A stretch of 40,000 nucleotides of DNA from Planctomycetota bacterium (lineage in GTDB: Bacteria > Planctomycetota > Phycisphaerae > Phycisphaerales > UBA1924). The stretch covers positions 241,132 to 281,131 of the forward strand of contig JAFEBO010000006.1 in NCBI GenBank assembly GCA_018242625.1, read 5' to 3'. The position numbers and the translations under genes were made by a program. Below, in pieces: positions 20,254 through 27,454 of this stretch; positions within the stretch are counted from its first letter, which is position 1; every line of letters starts with the position of its first letter. Under the pieces are notes generated by a model that made no database searches, was not told where the DNA came from, and saw only the letters and a list, made by a program, of their open reading frames with translations.

Positions 20254-22370
20254 TATACAAGTTCGCCCGACGCCGTCATCGACCCCTCCCCACGATTCAC
20301 AGATCTTTCCGCCTTCGGCTCCGACCCCCGCCGGCTCGCCGCCAGCCGCGGCGGCGCCATCCACAAAAGCCGCAGCGAATTCAAAACCACCAGCAGCGTC
20401 CCCCCCTCGTGCGCAAACACGCCCAGCCCAAGCGCCACCGGCCGCCGCAGGATCGACCCCACCAGCGTCGAAACCCCCATCACCCCGATCACCGACAGCG
20501 CAAACATCATGTTCGCCCGAACCGTCGCCCGCGCCCGCCGCGCCAGCCGCACCGCCCACGGCACCGCCGACAGATCATCCGACAGCAGCACAATGTCCGC
20601 CGACTCAAGCGCCGCATCGCTCCCGATCGACCCGATCGCCACAGACACATCCGCCGCCGCCAGCGCCGGCGCATCGTTCACCCCGTCCCCAATCACCGCA
20701 ACCCCGCGCTCCTCCCCATTCCCAACCTGCGCGCGATACTTCAGATCCTCCTTCAGCGCCGCCACTGCATCCAGCTTGTCCTGAGGCAGAAGCTCCGCCC
20801 CAAAGTCATCAATCCCAAGACTCCTCGCCACCCGCTCCGCCGTCGTCCGATTGTCGCCCGTCAACATCTTGACCGGCTTCACCCCAAGCTTGTGCAGCTC
20901 GCTCACAAGCGTCCTCGCCCCCGGCCTCACCGCATCGTTCATCACCAGCACCGCCGCACCGCCCACACCCTCCGAATTCCCATCAACCCCCTCCGCAGCC
21001 CCGAGCGCAATCACAACCCCCATCTGCCCCCGGTTCTGGATCGTCCTGAGCACATCATGCACGCGCTGCCGCAGACACACCGGCGTCACCGCATCCGTAT
21101 GCGCCGTGCTCCCGAGCCGCACCGGCATCCCCCGCCACACCGCGCTCATCCCGCGCCCCGTCGTGTGCGTGATCTCCGATAGCTCCGCGCTCGGCTCCAC
21201 CCCGCGCAGCTTCGCGCCCTCCCGCACCGCCGCCGCGATCGGATGCGTGCTCTCCCCCTCGATCGCCGCCGCCAGCCCCAAAAGCTCCTTCCCCTCCGAC
21301 CACGCCACCGCGTGCACCTGCTCCAGCCGCGGCCGGCCCATCGTCAGCGTCCCCGTCTTGTCAAAGCACACCGCCCCCACCCGCGACAGCCGCTCGATCG
21401 CCTGCCCGCCCTTGAACAGCACCCCCGACCTCGCCCCACGCGCAATCGCCGAAAGCGTCGCCGTCGGCGTCGCGATAATCAGCGCACACGGAGACGCCAC
21501 GATCAAAAACGTGATCGCCGTATAAAGAGATTCATCAAAGCCCCGCTTCAGCCCCAGCCACCACACAACCAGCACCAGCGCGCTCAGCACCATCACCCCA
21601 ACCGAATACGGCCCGCTCAGCCTGTCGATCGTCCGCTGCACCGGCTCACGCTGCTCCCGCGCCGTCGTCACAAGCTCCAGCACCTTCTGCAGGCTGCTCT
21701 CCCGCGCAGCCCGCGTCACCTCCGCCTCCACCGGATCATCCAGGTTGATCGTCCCCGCAAACAGCTCATCGCCCGGATGCACGCTCCGCGGCATGCTCTC
21801 GCCCGTGATCGCCGACTGATCCATCTCCGTCCGGCCCTGCACAACCCTGCAATCCGCCGGCACACGCTGCCCCGGCCGTATCTTCACCCGCTCCCCACGC
21901 ACCAGGCTCTCCGGCGTCGCCTCCACCCACTCCCCGCCCCGAAGCACCGTCGTCTCCGTCGGCATCAGCTTGTGCAATGCCTCCACCTCGCGCTTCGTCC
22001 GCGCCATCGCCAGGTCCTCAAGCGCACCCGACAGCACAAACAAAAACAGCAGCAGCGCGCCCTCTTCCGAATGCCCGATCGCCGCCGCCGCCACCGCGCC
22101 CACCACCATCAGCACATCAATATCAACTCGCCCCACACGCAGCGACTTCCACGCCGCACGCGCCCCATGCACAAGCCCCAGCAGCAGACTCGCCCAGATC
22201 GCAACATCCGCCCGCGGCCACCCAAACACCGCATGCAGCCCCCAGCCCACCAGCAGCAGCGCCCCCGCCAGGCTCGCCGAGTAAAGCTCCCCCTCCGTCG
22301 ATAAAACCCACCCCATCACCCCCGGAGATTTCGCCTCTCGCCCGCTCATCTCCCGCGACCGCTCATTCAC
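20253..22370 (-). CDS. heavy-metal P-type ATPase, P1B-4 subtype (Co/Zn/Ni-type exporter)
   Basis: P-type motifs DKTGTLT, TGDN and GDGVNDAPAL are present. The TM signature is SPC (FLIVASPCALIIATP) plus HEGGTLLVVLNS, which matches the published P1B-4 signature SPC / HEG[SG]T-x5-[NS][GAS]. There is no N-terminal CxxC metal-binding domain. The GTG start at 22370 overlaps the MoxR stop (GTGA); an ATG at 22349 is an alternative. Confidence 0.9.
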   Translation of the reverse strand: MNERSREMSGREAKSPGVMGWVLSTEGELYSASLAGALLLVGWGLHAVFGWPRADVAIWASLLLGLVHGARAAWKSLRVGRVDIDVLMVVGAVAAAAIGHSEEGALLLFLFVLSGALEDLAMARTKREVEALHKLMPTETTVLRGGEWVEATPESLVRGERVKIRPGQRVPADCRVVQGRTEMDQSAITGESMPRSVHPGDELFAGTINLDDPVEAEVTRAARESSLQKVLELVTTAREQREPVQRTIDRLSGPYSVGVMVLSALVLVVWWLGLKRGFDESLYTAITFLIVASPCALIIATPTATLSAIARGARSGVLFKGGQAIERLSRVGAVCFDKTGTLTMGRPRLEQVHAVAWSEGKELLGLAAAIEGESTHPIAAAVREGAKLRGVEPSAELSEITHTTGRGMSAVWRGMPVRLGSTAHTDAVTPVCLRQRVHDVLRTIQNRGQMGVVIALGAAEGVDGNSEGVGGAAVLVMNDAVRPGARTLVSELHKLGVKPVKMLTGDNRTTAERVARSLGIDDFGAELLPQDKLDAVAALKEDLKYRAQVGNGEERGVAVIGDGVNDAPALAAADVSVAIGSIGSDAALESADIVLLSDDLSAVPWAVRLARRARATVRANMMFALSVIGVMGVSTLVGSILRRPVALGLGVFAHEGGTLLVVLNSLRLLWMAPPRLAASRRGSEPKAERSVNRGEGSMTASGELV

Positions 22371-23434
22371 CTCAAAACCTCGTTCATCTGCTTGCGCTCA
22401 AGCGCCGTCGACCCGTCCACCGGAATCTCCTTCACCAGGTTCTCCACGATCGCATCCGTCGTCACCTGGTCCGCTTCCGCGTTGAAGTTCGTCATCAGCC
22501 TGTGCCGCAGCACCGGCTTGGCCACCTGCCTCACATGCTCCGGCGTCACGTGCGTCGCCCCGGTCAGGATCGCACGCGCCTTCGCCGCCAGAATCAAAAA
22601 CTCACTCGCCCGCGGCCCCGCGCCCCACTGCAAATAAGCCTCCACCAGCTTCGGCCGCTTCACACCGCCATCCATCGGCTCCTTCACACGCGTCGCCCGC
22701 ACCAGCCGCAACGCATACCGGATCACATGATCCGGCGCCGGCATCGCCCGCACCAGATCCTGCACCTTCTTGATATCCGGCGCGCCCAGCACCGGCTGCG
22801 TCACATTCGCCCCGCGCGTCGCGCTCCGCTTCACAATCTCCTCTTCCTCGCTCGCCGTCGGATACGAAATCTGAATCTGGAACATGAACCGGTCCAGCTG
22901 CGCCTCCGGCAGCGGATACGTCCCCTCCTGCTCGATCGGATTCTGCGTCGCCAGCACAAAGAACGGGTTCGGCAAATCGTGCTGAATCCCCCCAACCGTC
23001 ACGTGCCGCTCCTGCATCGCCTCCAAAAGCGCCGCCTGCGTCTTCGGCGGCGTCCGATTCACCTCATCCGCCAGAATGATGTTCCCGAAAATCGGCCCCC
23101 GCACAAACCGCAACTGCCGATGCCCCGTCGTCTTGTCCTCCTGGATCACCTCCGTCCCCGTGATGTCGCTCGGCATCAGGTCCGGCGTGAACTGAATCCG
23201 GCTGAACTGCAGGCTCAGCGTCTTCGCCAGCGTGCTGATCAACAGCGTCTTCGCCAGCCCCGGCACCCCCACCACCACCGCATGCCCGCGGCAGAAGATC
23301 GCCATCAACGTCTGATCCACCACCTCTTCCTGACCCACAATCGTCTTGCGGATCTCTTCCTTCAGCCGCGACGCCGCAGAGCGCACATGCTCAACATCCG
23401 CCATCGTCGCCTGCTGCTCCATTCCATCGCTCAT
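22367..23434 (-). CDS. MoxR-like AAA+ ATPase
   Basis: 355 aa. It has Walker A GVPGLAKT, Walker B ILADEVNR, and the MoxR-typical FMFQIQISYP and helical lid. Confidence 0.9.
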   Translation of the reverse strand: MSDGMEQQATMADVEHVRSAASRLKEEIRKTIVGQEEVVDQTLMAIFCRGHAVVVGVPGLAKTLLISTLAKTLSLQFSRIQFTPDLMPSDITGTEVIQEDKTTGHRQLRFVRGPIFGNIILADEVNRTPPKTQAALLEAMQERHVTVGGIQHDLPNPFFVLATQNPIEQEGTYPLPEAQLDRFMFQIQISYPTASEEEEIVKRSATRGANVTQPVLGAPDIKKVQDLVRAMPAPDHVIRYALRLVRATRVKEPMDGGVKRPKLVEAYLQWGAGPRASEFLILAAKARAILTGATHVTPEHVRQVAKPVLRHRLMTNFNAEADQVTTDAIVENLVKEIPVDGSTALERKQMNEVLR

Positions 23435-23473
23435 TTCTGCCTCCCTGCTTTCCTCATCCTACCGCCCCCACCC

Positions 23474-23830
23474 TCACTCCCCCTCATACACACACCCGCA
23501 CTTGGCCGTTTCCCGTAATTCAATCCGGTACATCCCCGGCAGCCCCGGCCGAATCCGCTCCCACAACCACTTCGTGATCCGCTCCGCCGTCGGATTCTCC
23601 AGCCCCTTCACCTCATTCAGACACCGGTGATCCAACTCCTCCACCACCGGGTCCACAATCTTCCTCATCTCCGAAAAATCCATCACCCACCCGCTCCGCT
23701 CCCCAATCTCGCCCCTCACATACACCACAAACCGGTACGAATGCCCGTGCATCCGCGCACACTTATGCCCCGCCGGCACGTGCGGCAGCCAGTGCGCCGC
23801 TTCAAACCCAAACTCCCGAAAAAGCATCAT
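23474..23830 (-). CDS. queD: 6-carboxy-5,6,7,8-tetrahydropterin synthase (high-GC, resident copy)
   Basis: ORF 23474..23881. The likely start is at MMLFREFGFEAAH (23830). QueD hallmarks are present: FEAAHWLP, HKCARMHGHSY, GWVMDF, LDHRCLNE. The Gly-rich extension upstream of the start is probably not translated. Confidence 0.88.
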   Translation of the reverse strand: MMLFREFGFEAAHWLPHVPAGHKCARMHGHSYRFVVYVRGEIGERSGWVMDFSEMRKIVDPVVEELDHRCLNEVKGLENPTAERITKWLWERIRPGLPGMYRIELRETAKCGCVYEGE

Positions 23831-23880
23831 CCCCGATGCTAGAGCCCCTCCCCCGCCCCCCGAAACCCCGCCTCCCCACA

Positions 23881-23915
23881 AGTGCCCAGTGACCAGTGAC
23901 CAGCGCCCAGCGCCC
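23881..23915. repeat. heptanucleotide tandem repeat, 5 units
   Basis: AGTGCCC AGTGACC AGTGACC AGCGCCC AGCGCCC read directly from the sequence. It lies between the frameshifted gene end (23936) and the queD start (23830). Confidence 0.9.
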
Positions 23916-23935
23916 CCCTCTCCCCCCTTGCCCCT

Positions 23936-24609
23936 TTAGCTCTTTGCCCCTTTCCCCATCTCCCCCTTCAACTCCAACACCTCCACCGGACACCCCTTCC
24001 AGTCATCCTCCCAGCACACCACCAGATCACACCCACTCGGATCGTGATCAAACCGGCTGCTCACAAACTCAAACTCGATCCGCACCCGCCTCCACTCCCA
24101 TCCACCAGCCTCCGCCCCTCACAATCCGGATACCCCGTCCCCACCGACTCCACCTCAAACCCAAGCCCTCGCGCCATCGCTCCAAACAACAACACCACCC
24201 CCTGCTCATTCACAGGCTCCCGCACCATCACCGACCCCTCGAGCGGCAGCCCCAGCCGCCTCCCAAATCGCTCCCCCTTCGTACGCCACGTCACCGCCTC
24301 CAAATCCCGAAAACTCCCAAAGAACTCCCTCCACCGCGGCAGCCACCGATCACACTCCGCCCGCGTCGGCCTCCGGTTCACCAATATCAACAAATCCCAA
24401 TACCGCTCCAAAACCTCCCGCGCACCAGGCATCTCATGCCGCGCATCCACCTCCACCCGCCTCAGCCGCCCCAACACCTCCTCCCAACTCCCCACCCCAC
24501 CCCCATTCCCACCCCCAACCCCCCCAAGCACACGCCCCCACACCCGCCCCATCTCAGCGCGTGCGGCGTCCCCCCCGCCACTCTCCATTGGCATCAGTCC
24601 ACCCCCCAA
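23936..24609 (-). pseudogene. frameshifted PD-(D/E)xK-like nuclease-fold gene
   Basis: ORF 24061..24609 ends 20 codons after ...VVLLFGAMARGLGFEVESVGTGYPDCEGRRLV. The -1 frame continues directly with WEWRRVRIEFEFVSSRFDHDPSGCDLVVCWEDDWKGCPVEVLELKGEMGKGAKS and stops at 23936. The two halves together form one coherent nuclease-like core (PD...E.R...IEFE...CD.VVCW). The frame switch must lie within 24088-24118. Confidence 0.6.
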
Positions 24610-24772
24610 AAAAGCAAAAACGCGCCACCCCCAAAGCCCACCACAGCCTCAGCCCGCACCCAAATTGCAAGAACCCCCAACCACCCTCAGTTTACCACAA
24701 CTCCCAAAATTCCAACCCCCCATTTTCCATCCCAACCGAAACAAAAACCCCATTCCCCCTTCCTCAACCCCT

Positions 24773-24787
24773 GTCTGCCAGGCAGAC
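24773..24787. promoter_or_regulatory. perfect 15-nt palindrome upstream of the HNH gene
   Basis: GTCTGCC-A-GGCAGAC, about 80 nt upstream of the ATG at 24865. The 1-nt spacer is too tight for a hairpin, so a dimeric protein-binding site is more plausible. Confidence 0.3.
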
Positions 24788-24864
24788 GCAAAGCAACCTC
24801 TTTTCCCCGCATCCGTTACGCTCTCTCCGTGCCACGCTTCCACGAAATCATCTCGCACCAGACC

Positions 24865-25635
24865 ATGTGCCACAACGAGCAGATGTCTCTTCAGCGTGGG
24901 ATGAACTTCCGCGTCCGCGCCGGCAAAGCCGGCTACTCCATCTTCCTCATGAGCGTTCGCAAAGGAGCCCCCTATCAGGACCACTGGCATGACGAGGCCG
25001 CAGGCGGCCCTCACGCCGGCATGCTCGAGTACGAAGGCCACGACGCTCCGAAAAACGTGGCGCTCCGCTCCGACCCAAAGAAAATCGACCAGCCCCAATT
25101 CCTGCCGAGCGGCAAGCCAACCGACAACGGCAAGTTCTATCAGGCCGCCATGGCCGCCAAGGCCGGCGCCGTCCCCGAAGTCGTTCAGGTTTACGAAAAG
25201 ATCGCCGATGGCCGGTGGTGCGATCGGGGGCGGTATCTTCTCGTCGATGCCGAGATCAAGACTGTTCCCATTTCAACGACGAGCAAGAAGACCCGGAAGG
25301 TCTTCCGTTTCTTTTTGAAGCCGACTGTGACCCCCGCCGCCCGTACCCGCGAAGAAGAACGCGAACTCTCAATCTCACGCCAAATCCCCACCGCTATCAA
25401 AATCGCCGTCTGGAATCGCGACCGCGGCAAGTGCGTCCAGTGCGGCAGCACCGACAACCTTCACTTCGATCATGACGTGCCACACTCCAAGGGCGGCTCC
25501 AGCTTCACCGAAGCCAACGTCAAGATCCTCTGTGCCCGCCACAATCTCGAAAAGTCGGACAAGATTCTGTCACTTGGCCCACTGCTCGGGCCACTGGTGG
25601 TTGCGGCGACGGCGTCGATGCTACGAGGAGCATAA
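24865..25635 (+). CDS. HNH endonuclease with N-terminal SRA/PUA-like putative modified-base-reader domain (type IV restriction-like)
   Basis: This is the 3' part of ORF 23896..25635; the Pro-rich 5' part is an antisense shadow. Candidate starts are 24865, 24883 and 24901. The C-terminus is a classic HNH: CVQCGSTDNLHFDHDVPHSKGG...NVKILCARHNLEKSDK. The N-terminal roughly 170 aa (GYSIFLMSVRKGAPYQDHWHDEAAG..MLEYEGHD...DQ...PEVVQVYEKIADGRWCDRGRYLLVD) follows the order of SRA/YDG-type domains as I remember them. The domain call is from memory, not from a search. Confidence 0.7.
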   Translation: MCHNEQMSLQRGMNFRVRAGKAGYSIFLMSVRKGAPYQDHWHDEAAGGPHAGMLEYEGHDAPKNVALRSDPKKIDQPQFLPSGKPTDNGKFYQAAMAAKAGAVPEVVQVYEKIADGRWCDRGRYLLVDAEIKTVPISTTSKKTRKVFRFFLKPTVTPAARTREEERELSISRQIPTAIKIAVWNRDRGKCVQCGSTDNLHFDHDVPHSKGGSSFTEANVKILCARHNLEKSDKILSLGPLLGPLVVAATASMLRGA

Positions 25636-25654
25636 ACCGCCGCAACGCCTGGCA

Positions 25655-25683
25655 TTCCAAACGATTCGGTGGCCTGGTATAGT
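25655..25683 (+). promoter_or_regulatory. sigma70-like promoter candidate for the DpdA-like operon
   Basis: TTCCAA (25655-25660), a 17-nt spacer, then TATAGT (25678-25683), 18 nt upstream of the ATG at 25701. It would give a very short leader. Promoter rules in this lineage are uncertain. Confidence 0.3.
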
Positions 25684-25700
25684 GATATCTTTGGGCGCAA

Positions 25701-27413
25701 ATGCGAAAACTGCTTGTACTAGGCTGCTCTTCCACCAAGCGCGACACGCACAACAAGCTGCCCGCGGTTGATCTTTACGATGGGCCGTTTTATCGCGTCC
25801 TTCGCACATTTCTACGAGATCACTTGTGGCCACAAGACTTATCAGTCGCGGTTTTGTCTGCTGAGTACGGACTGATGGGCGGCTTGACTCACATTCAAAC
25901 CTATGACCGCGTGATGACAAAGGAACGCGCCGTTCAGCTATCTGGTGATGTACGCCACACCCTTTTAGGCTGGCGGGACTGTCACTCGAGCATTCAATTA
26001 GTGCTCGGCGAAACGTACTTGGGCGCTATTCAACCAGCTGCAAATGAGCTTTGGCGACGAAGCGTCGATCTTGCAGCGGGTCCAATAGGGATGAAGCTGC
26101 AGTATTTGCACAATGCGCTTCATCGCGGCGCAAAGAAGGCCCCTCGATGCCGAGACGATGTGCCCAGCGCAGACGGACGCCCGATGTACTTCCTTCCGGA
26201 CTGGGATGACTTTGTCGATACGAATTTTGATTTTGTTCGAGACAAGTTTTCATGCAGTGCTCGGGCCGATCGAGATGAAACCCACTGTTCGGCGCTGGTA
26301 AAGCCAAAGCGGTTAGCAGATGGGATTCTGGTGAGCCTTGCCCAGAGCTTTGGGGGGAAGGGGCTGCTGAGAGCCCTCCAGGCGAGTTCGCCAGACTCTC
26401 TTGCACCCAAGCCTGTAAAACGGCATTTTGGGTTAGCGGATGACCAGTGGGCTTTCGGAGACTGCGGCGCCTTTAGTTATGTGAACGAAGAATCCCCGAC
26501 CATTTCGGTTGAGCAGGCTGTCGCTACCTACGAGTTGTACGGGTTTGATCTCGGCGCAAGCGTAGATCACATCCCGGTTCCCGAGGTCGTTAGAAAGGGA
26601 AAGCGCGTAACACTGACAGACGCGGAGCGTCGCAAGCGGGTAGCGCTCACTCGATCGAACGCGCAAGATTTTTTGGACTTGTGGCGCAGGCGCGAGTGCC
26701 GCTTTAACCCAGTGGGAATCGTTCAAGCCCTATCGCCTAGACAATTCGCCTCGTCGGTCGCTGAATACGCTGAAATGGGGTATCGCAGAATCGCGCTTGG
26801 TGGCCTAGTTCCCAGGTCCGACGACGAAATCTTGGCCATTGTGACCGCTGTGTGTAAGAAGATGAGCAGCCTTCGCCAGCGTCCCTGGCTTCACCTAATG
26901 GGCATTTATCGTCCAAACTTGCAAGCGGCGTTTCGTCGATTGCGCGTCGACAGCTTTGATAGCGCCACGTACTTTCGAAAAGCTTGGCTGCGGTCGGATC
27001 AAAACTATCTCGGGGCAACGGGCAATTGGTACGCAGCAATCCGGGTTCCGCCATCCCACGATCCTCGCACAGCGAAGCGCCTCGCCTCCACTGGTGTTTC
27101 GCTTTCAAAGATCCAGCGACTTGAAGCGGCGGCCCTTCAGGCCCTGCGCGCATATGCCGGAAGACGAATTGGAATAGAACGATGCCTCAAGTGCGTCCTC
27201 CACTACGATCTGTTGTTGCCACGTGGCGAGACAGACGCCAAGTCCATGGAAGAGGCCTATCGACGCACGCTTTCTGATCGGCCCTGGGAATTGTGCGAAT
27301 GCCCTATTTGCAAGAAAGTAGGAATTGACGTACTGATCTTCCGCGGGCTCAACCGCAACAAGCGTCGTGGGGCGCACAACACCCTTATGCTGTACAACAC
27401 TATTGCGCGATAA
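25701..27413 (+). CDS. DUF6884-like N-terminal domain fused to a TGT-fold transglycosylase (DpdA-like, putative DNA 7-deazaguanine transglycosylase)
   Basis: 570 aa. C-terminal TGT-fold landmarks occur in the expected order: FGDCGAFSY (cf. DSGGFQ), RIALGGLVPRSDDE (cf. AIGGLxVGE), LHLMGIYRP (cf. LMGVGxP), VDSFDSATYFRKA (cf. FDCVxPTRxA). The zinc site is CECPIC...GAHN (CxCxxC...H). The N-terminal roughly 150 aa, LLVLGCSSTKRD...PAVDLYDGPFY...VAVLSAEYGLMGG...IQTYDRVMT, matches the pattern I recall for DUF6884. Confidence 0.8.
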   Translation: MRKLLVLGCSSTKRDTHNKLPAVDLYDGPFYRVLRTFLRDHLWPQDLSVAVLSAEYGLMGGLTHIQTYDRVMTKERAVQLSGDVRHTLLGWRDCHSSIQLVLGETYLGAIQPAANELWRRSVDLAAGPIGMKLQYLHNALHRGAKKAPRCRDDVPSADGRPMYFLPDWDDFVDTNFDFVRDKFSCSARADRDETHCSALVKPKRLADGILVSLAQSFGGKGLLRALQASSPDSLAPKPVKRHFGLADDQWAFGDCGAFSYVNEESPTISVEQAVATYELYGFDLGASVDHIPVPEVVRKGKRVTLTDAERRKRVALTRSNAQDFLDLWRRRECRFNPVGIVQALSPRQFASSVAEYAEMGYRRIALGGLVPRSDDEILAIVTAVCKKMSSLRQRPWLHLMGIYRPNLQAAFRRLRVDSFDSATYFRKAWLRSDQNYLGATGNWYAAIRVPPSHDPRTAKRLASTGVSLSKIQRLEAAALQALRAYAGRRIGIERCLKCVLHYDLLLPRGETDAKSMEEAYRRTLSDRPWELCECPICKKVGIDVLIFRGLNRNKRRGAHNTLMLYNTIAR

Positions 27414-27454
27414 AATTGCGTCTGCTTCCGATTGCGACGAGGTGGCGAGAAATC

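Noticed and set aside
23831-23935. A preQ1 riboswitch upstream of queD (also checked at 31493-31553, upstream of the second copy)
   Set aside because: Neither leader shows the short hairpin plus A-rich tail of preQ1-I, or elements I could match to preQ1-II/III. The first leader is G-tract/tandem-repeat sequence. An Infernal scan would be the decisive test.
23881-24000. Short repeats considered as a possible CRISPR array or minisatellite
   Set aside because: The units are 7-12 nt with no spacers of 25-40 nt, and there are no cas genes other than the Cas4-like nuclease, which sits in a helicase operon. This is not a CRISPR array.
23896-24864. The 5' two-thirds of the 579-aa + strand ORF that ends as the HNH gene
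   Set aside because: This part is Pro/Thr/Ser/His-rich with no motifs. It runs antisense to the frameshifted nuclease-like gene and through C-tract spacer. The recognisable protein begins only at the ATGs at 24865-24901.
27416-27454. A TTG start at 27416 for the helicase, 2 nt after the upstream stop
   Set aside because: It is possible and would imply translational coupling. However, the added 13 residues (MRLLPIATRWREI) are not helicase-like, and the ATG at 27455 has a GAGGTGG upstream. I kept it as an alternative only.
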